In this document: positions 7,735-17,085 of the stretch, one piece after another
Layout: the number at the start of each line of letters is the position of its first letter
Numbering within the stretch: position 1 is the first letter of the stretch
Assembly: GCA_963705295.1 (NCBI GenBank)
Contig: OY970065.1
Coordinates: forward strand, 480,001 to 544,000
DNA length: 64,000 bases
Direction: 5' to 3'
DNA from: Parachlamydiales bacterium
Lineage (GTDB): Bacteria > Chlamydiota > Chlamydiia > Chlamydiales > Rhabdochlamydiaceae
The notes under the pieces: model-generated
Database searches by the model: none
What the model saw: the letters and a program-made list of their open reading frames with translations, nothing else
Told to the model about the DNA's origin: nothing
Translations under genes and position numbers: made by a program

Positions 7735-10677
7735 TTATTGAAACCTAGCCCATTTGAAATCGATGAGGGTGTGGTTGGGCTCTAAGAGTAGGTATTTCTT
7801 TTTCATGAATTGTAGGCAGGTTTCGAAAAGAGGGATGATCGGCATTTCATCGATCAAGATTTGCTCGATACGGATGAGGAGCTCGATTTGCTTTCCTTTT
7901 TCCGTTTCGAGCTGGGCCTCATGCAGCAGGGCTTGCAGGTCAGGATGCGACCATTTGCTGAAATTCATAGGCTCTTCCGGATTGGCAAAGAAATTCAAGG
8001 TGTAGAAAGGGTCGTTGACCCACGGTTGCCAACGGATGAGGGCGATTTGAAAGTCACCGGTTGTCAGTTTGGAGAAGATCGTTTTATAATCGTATCCTTG
8101 GATGGTGGTCGAAATTCCCAATTTTTTTTCCCATTCCGATGATAAAAACTCAGCCGCTGCTTTTCCGAAGACCGTTCGTTGGGTAAACCCAATATTGAGG
8201 GAGGAGAGGGGGATCCCTAACTCTTCGAGACCCTCGGATAAGAGTTTTTGAGCATTTCCTGTTTTGAAAAGAGAAGGATTAGGGGTTTGGCAATGGGATG
8301 TCGGAAGGGGGGAGTAGGCTGGTTTTTTTGGATATTTTAGATTTTCTAAGAGTTGCAGACGATCGATTGCCAAGGCGAGAGCTTTTCGGATTTTATTATT
8401 TTTAAGAATAGGATGGCGCGTATTGCAAACACACCAGTAGAGACCGTGGTCAGGATGAACCATCACTTCATCATCTTCTGTAGGAGTGTAACTATTATTC
8501 CAAGCTCCAAGAGGAGCACCCAGCCATTGAATTTTGTTTTGATAAAACATCTCTTCCGTCTGAGAGTGGTGGCTCGCCGTGATTAAAATCCGGTCCAAAT
8601 GGATGCGTGATATTTCCCAATAATGGGGATTTTTCACAAAGACATAACTGCTATCTCTCTGATTATATTCGATTTTAAAAGGGCCATTACAGACGTAATG
8701 GTTCCCTTCTTCGAAAGGCCAATTCGGTTCATTGATGTCAATTTGGCGGCAAACAGGGGAGAAGAGTGGATGGGCAAGATATTCAAGAAAATTGAGGGAA
8801 GGCGATTCTAATTCTATTTTTAAAGTTAAATCGTCTAAGGCATGAATTCCGAGCTGGTTCATCGCGGCAGCTCCCTTCTTGACGGCTTCGGCATTTTTGA
8901 TGATATAAAAGAGGTAGGCAAAAGCCGTATTGAAACGGGGGGAGACGATTTTTTTCCAAGCGTACTCAAAATCGTAACTGGTGAGAGGTTCTCCGTTAGA
9001 CCAAACGGTGGGACGGAGCCGGAAAAGATAGGTTTTTCGGTCTTCAGAAATCTCCACTTCGTGGGCAATTCCGTTCTCAAGAGACCCTTTCGAACTAATC
9101 CGCATGAGCCCTTCAAAGAGCATCTTTAAAACAAGGGCAGAAACGCCGTCTCCTCCAATTCTCGGATCTAGAGAGCTGACGGGATTTTCTAGGCCGAGGC
9201 GCAAAACTTGAGTTTTTTTAACTTCGTCCCGCCAATAAATCAGCAATTTATCGAGAGACTCGATGAAAAGATTCTGTAGGTGGCTTGTTTCTGTCTCGAG
9301 AAGGTAACCGACAAGATAAGAGTCGTTGAGGGTGAGGGCGATGGAAGCTTTTTTAACTTCGGGTAAATCGAAGGATAAAAGATGGTCTTTGGCTATTTCA
9401 TAAAAAGGGCCGTGCGGGATGCGGAGCATCACGATAAAAAGGTGATCTTTTCTCGAGCTTTTTAGGATATATTGAAAAGAATCGAGTAGAGGCAATTCCG
9501 AAATGTGCAAAAACAGCTGCAGCATGGTTTTTAAAATAGGGAGAGGAAGAATCGCTTGCATCTCGATAGGCGTGATCGAATAAAAGACATTTTCGATCAG
9601 CTCAGGAGAGAGCCCAGGAAGGGCATTTTTAAGAGTGTGCAACGTCTCTTCTTGTTTGATTAGAATGCCGCCATTGAAATCTCGAAATTCGCCGATATTC
9701 TCCTTCAAATAATTCCCTATTTTTTGCCGGGCAGCAAAAAAGTTTAAGGAACCGTCGCTCCTCAAGATGGTGGGATGAGGTGTTAGAAGAATTTTGAAAA
9801 TATAAGCAAAAATAGGTTGATGATCTTTCAGGTATTTCACCAATTGTTTTCTCTCTAGAATGAATTGAGAGAACGAACTCCGTTGTTTGATGAGATTGTC
9901 TACAGAAGCTGTCTCATGATTCTCGACTCGGACACAAATCGCCGTGAAGACAAAATCTTCCGCCGTTTGCATATCAAAAGAGATCATGATCTGGGGGAGG
10001 TCGGTGCTCTGATCGATTTCTTGGCTCAACGTTAAAATGTTGCGCAAGACCTCTTCTTGATTCCGAGTCATAAATACAGCCGGAACGACCCGTTCGATGC
10101 GGGAGAGGAGCTCTTCCTCGAGCCCCAGTTTCAATTTTTTGATCTCAGATAGAGTAAAGTACTGGCTACTGTTTTTTTCGAATTCGACATAGAGGGTCTT
10201 GATCCGATCTTCAGCGCCTTGAAAGGTATAAATGGACCCTTTGACAATTTTTAGATCGGGTAAGAATTTTTGGACAGCCTTCAAAAGTTGTTCCTGATCG
10301 AAGAGTTCATACCGATTCAGATAGATCTGGACTAAAATGCCCACGACCCATTTTGAACCAAATGGAAATTCTAATTGCGTCGGCAAGATTCTCAGGGATA
10401 AATAACGGGTTTTAGGTGAAAGAGAGACGAGACTGAGCAATTTCTTCTTTTTGAAATATTGAGAAGAAAGGAGACGGAAAAGATGGTCAGCCGATCTTTT
10501 CTGAGTGAAATCGTGATCAAAGTAGGCAATCAGCCGATCCCGTTCCTTGAAAATGGTCCGATCCAAAAGTTGAGGGAAGCGATCGATCAATTCTTGAAGC
10601 TTCTGATCTAAAATTGTTAATTTGTTTACTTCCACAGGTAAAACGTATTCTAGCGAACGGTTCATTTTCTCCAACAA
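7735..10677 (-). CDS. Giant fusion protein: about 490-aa unassigned N-terminal region plus C-terminal OppA-type (family 5) peptide-binding domain, no signal peptide
   Basis: SBP5 motifs from about aa 490 (SLDPR, LFEGL, WSNG, CNGPF, KNPHYW, RKALALAIDR). The N-terminus is hydrophilic. Likely start is ATG 10665, after GGAG. Confidence 0.85.
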   Translation of the reverse strand: MLEKMNRSLEYVLPVEVNKLTILDQKLQELIDRFPQLLDRTIFKERDRLIAYFDHDFTQKRSADHLFRLLSSQYFKKKKLLSLVSLSPKTRYLSLRILPTQLEFPFGSKWVVGILVQIYLNRYELFDQEQLLKAVQKFLPDLKIVKGSIYTFQGAEDRIKTLYVEFEKNSSQYFTLSEIKKLKLGLEEELLSRIERVVPAVFMTRNQEEVLRNILTLSQEIDQSTDLPQIMISFDMQTAEDFVFTAICVRVENHETASVDNLIKQRSSFSQFILERKQLVKYLKDHQPIFAYIFKILLTPHPTILRSDGSLNFFAARQKIGNYLKENIGEFRDFNGGILIKQEETLHTLKNALPGLSPELIENVFYSITPIEMQAILPLPILKTMLQLFLHISELPLLDSFQYILKSSRKDHLFIVMLRIPHGPFYEIAKDHLLSFDLPEVKKASIALTLNDSYLVGYLLETETSHLQNLFIESLDKLLIYWRDEVKKTQVLRLGLENPVSSLDPRIGGDGVSALVLKMLFEGLMRISSKGSLENGIAHEVEISEDRKTYLFRLRPTVWSNGEPLTSYDFEYAWKKIVSPRFNTAFAYLFYIIKNAEAVKKGAAAMNQLGIHALDDLTLKIELESPSLNFLEYLAHPLFSPVCRQIDINEPNWPFEEGNHYVCNGPFKIEYNQRDSSYVFVKNPHYWEISRIHLDRILITASHHSQTEEMFYQNKIQWLGAPLGAWNNSYTPTEDDEVMVHPDHGLYWCVCNTRHPILKNNKIRKALALAIDRLQLLENLKYPKKPAYSPLPTSHCQTPNPSLFKTGNAQKLLSEGLEELGIPLSSLNIGFTQRTVFGKAAAEFLSSEWEKKLGISTTIQGYDYKTIFSKLTTGDFQIALIRWQPWVNDPFYTLNFFANPEEPMNFSKWSHPDLQALLHEAQLETEKGKQIELLIRIEQILIDEMPIIPLFETCLQFMKKKYLLLEPNHTLIDFKWARFQ

Positions 10678-10762
10678 TCAAATAATTTGCATTAAATGGG
10701 GGGTGTCCTGTAAATTTGATGGCAATCAAGCTGCCGCTGCAGCAAATTTAATGGAGGTTGTT

Positions 10763-11131
10763 ATGAAAACAATGCAACAAGCCAGAGGGACTGACCCGCA
10801 AGTCCAAGCGATGATGGATGAAATGATATCCCATCCAGCTTGGCTGGGCGATATGACCGGGGTTGAAGCTGAAACCCTTTTGCGTCAGAAGCCATCGTTC
10901 ACCTACTTGTTAAGACAAGGTGAAAAAGGAGATCATTTTTATCTCTCGTATGTCAATGGCACCAATTTTATCCATCTTCCCATTACGATCCTCTACTCTA
11001 CTCACCAATGGTTTTATCAAAACTCTTACCCACACTTCGCGAAAGATTTGGTCACTTTTATACCTGATATTATGCACCAAGAAGCAGCAGAGTGTCATCC
11101 ACTTGAGCAATTCGTAATAATGAACTCATAA
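10763..11131 (+). CDS. Small SH2-like domain protein
   Basis: AWLGDMTGVEAETLLRQKPSFTYLLRQGEKGDHFYLSYV...HLPI follows the SH2 pattern (W.G, EAE.LL, FLVR-like YLLR, Y.LS, H..I). GGAGG RBS before ATG 10763. Confidence 0.7.
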   Translation: MKTMQQARGTDPQVQAMMDEMISHPAWLGDMTGVEAETLLRQKPSFTYLLRQGEKGDHFYLSYVNGTNFIHLPITILYSTHQWFYQNSYPHFAKDLVTFIPDIMHQEAAECHPLEQFVIMNS

Positions 11132-11133
11132 TA

Positions 11134-12468
11134 TTGGATCGAACGAATTTTAGACGTTTTTTAGAGATTTGTTTTCCTGTAATTCTGTTTCTATTCTTAA
11201 TCAATATTACAGGTTATATTGAAAGACTCTTGCTGGCTGATTTTTCAGGGGAGGCACTAGCAGGAGGTCTGAATGGGTTTTTCTTAGCTCGCGTTTTCCA
11301 AACAGCCTGTCTTGCCGTCATTGTTGTCGGTCAGTCATTTGTTGGCCTTTATCATGGGGCTGATCAAGAAAAAAATATTGGGCCTTGCATCTGGCAACTC
11401 ATTTGGTTTTCGGTTCTCTCTACGCTGGTTGTGATTCCACTGGGTTTCTCCGTTGAATGGATTTTATTCAAAAATACTTCAATTTCTAATTCTGAATCTA
11501 ATTATTTTAAACTACTTTGTGTTTTTAATTTTCTGTTTCCTTTAACAAATGCTCTTTCTGCATTCTATTTTGGAAGAGGTATCCTCAAGCCTATCGTCTT
11601 TTTAACCTTGTTTTCTTGCATCCTCAATGTCGTTTTAGATTTGGTTCTAATCTTTGGTTGGGACTTCATTCCTCCTTTAGGGACGACCGGTGCGGCTCTT
11701 GGCAAAGTCATATCCCAAGCTGTTTTATGCCTGAACTTGGCGCTCCTTTTCCTTTCAAAAACGAACCGAGAGAAATTTGGGACCAACCTGTGGAAATTTT
11801 CTCCACGCCTCTTTTGGCATTATATCCGCCCAGGTCTCCATCGTGCCTTGGGGGCTTTCCCAGCCCTGGGTGACTGGGTTCTTGTCTCCCGCTTCATGTC
11901 TCTAAAAAGTGAGCAACACCTGCTTGTCTTTTCGATTGGTAGTACGGTTTTCTACTTTTTGGCTTTTATTGGGGATGGACTATTCCAGACCATGGTGACC
12001 GTAGCCTCAAATTTGATGGGGAAAAAGGAATATTCTAAGCTCTGGAGCTCATTTTTTTCGGGATTCATTCTCCTGGTCGTATTCGGACTTTGTCTCGTTA
12101 TTCCCTTTTTCTTATTTCCTCAGATCATTACAAACTGTTTTAGGAGTTCGTCCTTTTACGGTAATTTACTCGAGTCGTTTGGACAAATGTCGCCTTGGTT
12201 ACTCCTCGCTATTATAGCCTATGGATTGAACGCCCTGGCTTTAGGGCTCGTTGTCGCTGCTAGGGACACCCTCTTTTTATTCTGGTTCTATTGCGGAATG
12301 TGGCTGGTGAGTTTCGTCCCCATCTATTGTTCTATGGAATGGCTCCATTTCCCTCCTGAAACCTTCTGGGCCCTTGTGATGTGCACCAATTTGGTTGCAT
12401 GCTCTATGTTTCTATGGCGAGGATCCAAAGAGAAATGGCAGATCGACAATTGGGCACCTGTAAACTAA
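11134..12468 (+). CDS. MATE family transporter
   Basis: About 12 hydrophobic segments; LNVVLDLVLIFG...PPLGTTGAALG is a MATE hallmark. Confidence 0.88.
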   Translation: MDRTNFRRFLEICFPVILFLFLINITGYIERLLLADFSGEALAGGLNGFFLARVFQTACLAVIVVGQSFVGLYHGADQEKNIGPCIWQLIWFSVLSTLVVIPLGFSVEWILFKNTSISNSESNYFKLLCVFNFLFPLTNALSAFYFGRGILKPIVFLTLFSCILNVVLDLVLIFGWDFIPPLGTTGAALGKVISQAVLCLNLALLFLSKTNREKFGTNLWKFSPRLFWHYIRPGLHRALGAFPALGDWVLVSRFMSLKSEQHLLVFSIGSTVFYFLAFIGDGLFQTMVTVASNLMGKKEYSKLWSSFFSGFILLVVFGLCLVIPFFLFPQIITNCFRSSSFYGNLLESFGQMSPWLLLAIIAYGLNALALGLVVAARDTLFLFWFYCGMWLVSFVPIYCSMEWLHFPPETFWALVMCTNLVACSMFLWRGSKEKWQIDNWAPVN

Positions 12469-12519
12469 TTTTTTAAATTATTCTTTACTATCTTAATAAC
12501 TTCCTGTTAAAGAAAAAAT

Positions 12520-13812
12520 TTGACAGGAGAACGAATCGAGATGTCTTCAGGGAAAGGAACCGATCTTATTGATCGGGTCGCTTGTATTGTTTTAGCAGGA
12601 GGTCAAGGGACGAGACTCTTTCCTCTGACGCAGACACGGTGTAAACCTGCAGTCGGATTTGGAGGTCGGTATCGACTCATCGATATACCACTTTCCAATG
12701 CTTTAAACTCAAAACTTACAAAGCTTTTTGTTATTTCTCAGTATTTTGCATCCAATCTTCATCAACATATTTTAGCGACCTATAAATTCGATATGTTTCA
12801 AAAAGGGGACATTTCGCTCCTTTGTCCGGAAGAGGATGTTGGGAAAAAAGTCTGGTTTGAAGGAACTGCAGACGCTGTTCGAAAAAATCTCCAACACATC
12901 ATGAAATCTCCAGCCGAGTACTTTTTGATTCTTTCGGGAGATCAATTGTACAACATCGATCTTGCCGATTTGTTGAACTATGCGAGAGAAAAAGATGCCG
13001 ATCTTGTCATTGCTTCGCTCCATGTTCAAGAACCTGAAGCCAAGCGGATGGGCTTGCTCCGTGTCGATAGTGATCTGCATGTGAAAGAATTTAAAGAAAA
13101 ACCAAAAGAAAAAGATGTTCTTGGGTCTTTGTGCACAACCCATAAAAACAAGTCGTGTTACTTAGCCTCGATGGGGATTTATGTTTTTAAAAGAGATGTT
13201 CTCGTTTCACTCCTGCAGGAACAACCCGGAAACGATTTTGGCCACCATCTAATCCCTTACCAAGCGAGTAAAGGGGGAACCTATGCTTATATCTACGATG
13301 GTTATTGGGTCGATATCGGTACCATTGCTTCATTTTTCGAAGCCAATATGAGTCTTTTAGATCAAAAAAACTGTCTCCAAACCTACAATGAATCGAATCC
13401 CATTTATACACGTCCACACCACCTTCCCAGTCCTCTTGTCATCCAGACGAAAATCAATCGATCCTTCATCAGTCAGGGAGCGATCATTGAAGCGGATGAA
13501 ATCGATCATAGTATCTTAGGGGTACGGTGCCGTGTTGGGAAAGGGACAAAGATTCGAAATTCGGTTCTCATGGGTCATCAGTCTTATACGCCACCATCCC
13601 ATCAACAACCGCCTCTTCCCAAGGAGTTTACGATCGGAGAAAACTGTCTCATCGAAAAGTCGATCATCGATGAACACACCCGCATCGGAGACAATGTCCG
13701 ACTCGTCAATGAAAAGAAATTAGAAAATTATGATGGAGATGGGGTCTACATCCGTGACGGAATCATCATCGTCACGAGTGGTACACAGCTCCCAGATGGT
13801 TTTTCAATTTGA
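12520..13812 (+). CDS. glgC: Glucose-1-phosphate adenylyltransferase
   Basis: LAGGQGTRLFPLT..RCKPAV.FGGRYRLID, GTADAV, ASMGIY, YWVDIGT. Alternative start is ATG 12541. Confidence 0.96.
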   Translation: MTGERIEMSSGKGTDLIDRVACIVLAGGQGTRLFPLTQTRCKPAVGFGGRYRLIDIPLSNALNSKLTKLFVISQYFASNLHQHILATYKFDMFQKGDISLLCPEEDVGKKVWFEGTADAVRKNLQHIMKSPAEYFLILSGDQLYNIDLADLLNYAREKDADLVIASLHVQEPEAKRMGLLRVDSDLHVKEFKEKPKEKDVLGSLCTTHKNKSCYLASMGIYVFKRDVLVSLLQEQPGNDFGHHLIPYQASKGGTYAYIYDGYWVDIGTIASFFEANMSLLDQKNCLQTYNESNPIYTRPHHLPSPLVIQTKINRSFISQGAIIEADEIDHSILGVRCRVGKGTKIRNSVLMGHQSYTPPSHQQPPLPKEFTIGENCLIEKSIIDEHTRIGDNVRLVNEKKLENYDGDGVYIRDGIIIVTSGTQLPDGFSI

Positions 13813-16281
13813 AGGCGCGATGGCCTCGACAACTCCTGTCAACGGGTTTAAGAAAACCTTCGGTGCCAAAACTCTCCCTTCTGTGAAATCAAAGAGATCA
13901 TCGAGACTTCCTGCGATCCTTTCATAAGACGCCTTAGGAAGGGGTTTAAGATTCCAATTTTCAATGATGAACCTTAAGACAGAGGTATGATCGGTCGTCA
14001 CATGGCTCATATAATTGTCTTTCGCCCAGGGTGAGATGACAAAAAACGGGAGTCTCTGTGCATGTCCCGCGCGCAGATCGGCCTCTGGGATACCTGCTTT
14101 GACACCCCGTCTTGCAATCTGTCCTTTTGGGTCGAGTTTCGGATTCACTTCCCAAGCGGAACTTTTAACTAAAGGTGGCGGTACATGGTCGTATGTTCCG
14201 TTTCCTTCATCCCATTGGATAAAAATAGCTGTTTCGTCCCAGAAGGGTGAGTTCATCAGTTTGGTGACAAGATTAACGAGCGCAATCTGGTTATCGAGGG
14301 CATTAGAATTGGTCCGATGACCATTTTGATAGGTCGGCAACCGGATATACGAGACCGCCGGTAGAACACCAATATCGAGGGCATTGAAGAAATCATCAAT
14401 ATCGTAATTGTGATTCGCTTGATCTTGTTTTCCAACATTTTCTAGCGAACTATAAGGTGCCAAGTGAGGATTGGACGTCGAAGCGAAATAATCGAAAGGG
14501 TGATCCCCATCTAAATAATCGATCTGAGGTCCTACGATTTGAGCAATGACATTCGTGGATCCGGCGGGAGGCGTAAAATTAAGAGAGGTATGGAACAATA
14601 AAACCAGATTATTAAATTCTGGCATGATGGCTTGGAGCTCCGCAATCACGGAGGGTGGAAATAAAGCTTGATAAGGGAGAACAATCGCATTCGGGTCGCT
14701 CAGTGATTGTTTGGGCAGCCACCCACCTCTGAAACATCCCCACGTCACATTTTTCTTGTTGAGACGATCTCCAATATTTTTAACCTTAGGATTGATCAGG
14801 TTGGAAGTAAATTGCTGTGCAAATTGCACAACGCCTGAAACACCCGGGAATTGAATGGATGCCCTAAATGTAGGATCCGTTTGAAACCAAAAAATCAAAA
14901 ATTCTAAGATCGATAGATCATTTTTCGATGCAACCCAGTTGTAGAGGACAGTATTGTTAAATGTCGCCAGAATATCGCCCCACTTAACAAATTGAACACC
15001 CTCTGGAATCGGAGGCAATTGAGGATTAGCGCTCGCTGTATTGGCGATGGCTGTGAGAAGATTGACATCGATGAGAAGATCGGGAAACTCTGGAATCAGT
15101 TCAGAATTATTGCCCGATCCCCAGTTGATATTGCCGATAATACTTTCACCATATCCTGTGGTAAAGTTTCTATCACTGGTCGCATAGAACTGAGCGTAAT
15201 TCCAAAGTCCTGTAAACGTATTTCCATCCCAATAATCCATCGCAATGTTGGCACCTTGCCCATAGGTCGCATCGAATGATTTTTGGACACCTCCAACGGT
15301 GTAGAGGATGGGTGGTGGTGTCGTTTGTTTATAGACAAACCGGTCCATCAATCCATTATCGACATCGATTTGTGTCCGGGTATATCCATTCGATTCAAAA
15401 TTGGTGAGTTCTTGGTTTGGAGCCAGTCTTGTCGGATTTACTCTTCCACTTCCATTTTGGCCGATATTCCGGTTCGTTGTGAGGTAATTTCCTCCTGTCA
15501 AAGGATCAATGGTTAAGAGATTATCGGGTATTTCTGTATCTTCTTTGGGGAAGAAAGGTGTTTCTCCGGGCAGATTTGCTGCGAAAGGATAGGTCCCAAA
15601 CATCGCATCAAAAGGAACATTTTCATTGAGAATGACAACTACATGTTGGATGGGAGTCGTCGTTTTTTTGTGATCTTTAATTTTCACCCCTGTCATTGAC
15701 TTGGATGGCAGCGAGGGAATCCATCCCTCCGGAGCCTCGGGGAATTCTAGTCGTTCAAAATGAGAAGTGACGCTTTTAACATTAAAATGGACCTTTGCAG
15801 AAGAGCTCGCTTTAAATGTGATGACAAAATGGTACCGAATTCTTTCACCTTGTTGAAGAACATCAAAGACGGGCGACTCTACACTAAGGCTCGATTTAAC
15901 TTTTTTCCCTTTACAAGTTCGAAGAGGTGGCTCTGGCTCCAATGTGCAGACATCAAAGATATGTTCATCTCCAACACAGAGGATCTTAGGATCTGGCAAA
16001 TCGCCATTGAAAATATATTTCTTCAGCTCTGCAGCTACCGTCGTAAACTCACCTTCTCTCACGCGGTATCTAAAAGAAACACTTTCGAGTTTCGCATTTT
16101 TTGGAATCTTAAAGGAGACGTCTACGGTAGCTGCTCCATTTTGTGGAATAACAAGAGTGATTTTTCCGTTTTTCTCTCCAAAGGTTTGTCCTTTATCATT
16201 TTCTACCTTCCATTTTAAATCGTTGTTGGAAGCAAAAAGGAAGGTAAAACAACTGAGCATTAAACAAAGAAGTATTTTCAT
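13804..16281 (-). CDS. Secreted phosphoesterase of the phospholipase C / acid phosphatase AcpA family, with N-terminal extension
   Basis: Signal peptide; IQHVVVILNENVPFDAMFGTYP, NGLMDRF, LPAVSY, WDEGNGTYDHVPPP, ISPWAK, DHTSVLRFI. Confidence 0.85.
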   Translation of the reverse strand: MKILLCLMLSCFTFLFASNNDLKWKVENDKGQTFGEKNGKITLVIPQNGAATVDVSFKIPKNAKLESVSFRYRVREGEFTTVAAELKKYIFNGDLPDPKILCVGDEHIFDVCTLEPEPPLRTCKGKKVKSSLSVESPVFDVLQQGERIRYHFVITFKASSSAKVHFNVKSVTSHFERLEFPEAPEGWIPSLPSKSMTGVKIKDHKKTTTPIQHVVVILNENVPFDAMFGTYPFAANLPGETPFFPKEDTEIPDNLLTIDPLTGGNYLTTNRNIGQNGSGRVNPTRLAPNQELTNFESNGYTRTQIDVDNGLMDRFVYKQTTPPPILYTVGGVQKSFDATYGQGANIAMDYWDGNTFTGLWNYAQFYATSDRNFTTGYGESIIGNINWGSGNNSELIPEFPDLLIDVNLLTAIANTASANPQLPPIPEGVQFVKWGDILATFNNTVLYNWVASKNDLSILEFLIFWFQTDPTFRASIQFPGVSGVVQFAQQFTSNLINPKVKNIGDRLNKKNVTWGCFRGGWLPKQSLSDPNAIVLPYQALFPPSVIAELQAIMPEFNNLVLLFHTSLNFTPPAGSTNVIAQIVGPQIDYLDGDHPFDYFASTSNPHLAPYSSLENVGKQDQANHNYDIDDFFNALDIGVLPAVSYIRLPTYQNGHRTNSNALDNQIALVNLVTKLMNSPFWDETAIFIQWDEGNGTYDHVPPPLVKSSAWEVNPKLDPKGQIARRGVKAGIPEADLRAGHAQRLPFFVISPWAKDNYMSHVTTDHTSVLRFIIENWNLKPLPKASYERIAGSLDDLFDFTEGRVLAPKVFLNPLTGVVEAIAPSN

Positions 16282-16344
16282 GGCCTAAGAATGTAAATTA
16301 AAACTTTATTTGAAGTCAACCCTGTTATATTGCATTCTAGATTT

Positions 16345-17085
16345 ATGAAAGTTTGGGCAATAGCGGATCTCCATTTAGCGATCAGTGTCCCTTCTAAAAA
16401 CATGGCTATTTTTGGTCCGGAATGGGAAGGGTACATGGAGAAAATAGCAGCTGCATGGAAAGAACAAATAGGTGGCGAAGATCTGGTACTCCTTCCAGGA
16501 GACATCACTTGGGCCATGAAACTCGAGGAGGCCAAAATCGATTTAGAGTGGATCGCCGATCTTCCAGGAACAAAAGTGATGATCCGTGGAAATCACGATT
16601 ACTGGTGGAGTTCTGCAAAAAAAATGTCTGAAAATTTTCCACCTTCGGTTCACTTCATTCATAACACGGCTTTTCATTGGAGAGACATTGCCATTGGTGG
16701 AACGAGACTTTGGGATACGCCGGAATATAACTTTAATGGCTACGTCCATTTCCAAGAAAACCCCAAAGCAAAACCGGCCGAAAAAGAAGAAGAAAAAGAC
16801 ACGGCTATTTTTGAGAGAGAGTTAGAGCGACTCCGCCTCAGTCTGAAACAGATGAACCCTCAAGCTAAAGTCAAAATTGTGATGACCCACTATCCTCCGA
16901 TTGGGGCCGATCTTGAACGGTCACGTACATCAACCATTTTGGAAGAGTTTGGAATTCAGATCTGCCTCTTTGGTCACTTGCATAATCTCCGAAAGGACAA
17001 ACCCCTATTTGGCACGATTCGAGGAATTCAATATCATCTAACAGCGGCTGACTACTTAGATTTTAAACCACTCCGCATTCTTTAA
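16345..17085 (+). CDS. Calcineurin-like metallophosphoesterase (conserved in chlamydiae)
   Basis: ADLH, PGDITW, GNHD, THYPP, GHLH motifs. Confidence 0.9.
   Translation: MKVWAIADLHLAISVPSKNMAIFGPEWEGYMEKIAAAWKEQIGGEDLVLLPGDITWAMKLEEAKIDLEWIADLPGTKVMIRGNHDYWWSSAKKMSENFPPSVHFIHNTAFHWRDIAIGGTRLWDTPEYNFNGYVHFQENPKAKPAEKEEEKDTAIFERELERLRLSLKQMNPQAKVKIVMTHYPPIGADLERSRTSTILEEFGIQICLFGHLHNLRKDKPLFGTIRGIQYHLTAADYLDFKPLRIL

Noticed and set aside
7735..10677. Calling the OppA fusions SgrR-type transcription factors
   Set aside because: No recognisable N-terminal HTH, and the N-terminal region is far longer than in SgrR.
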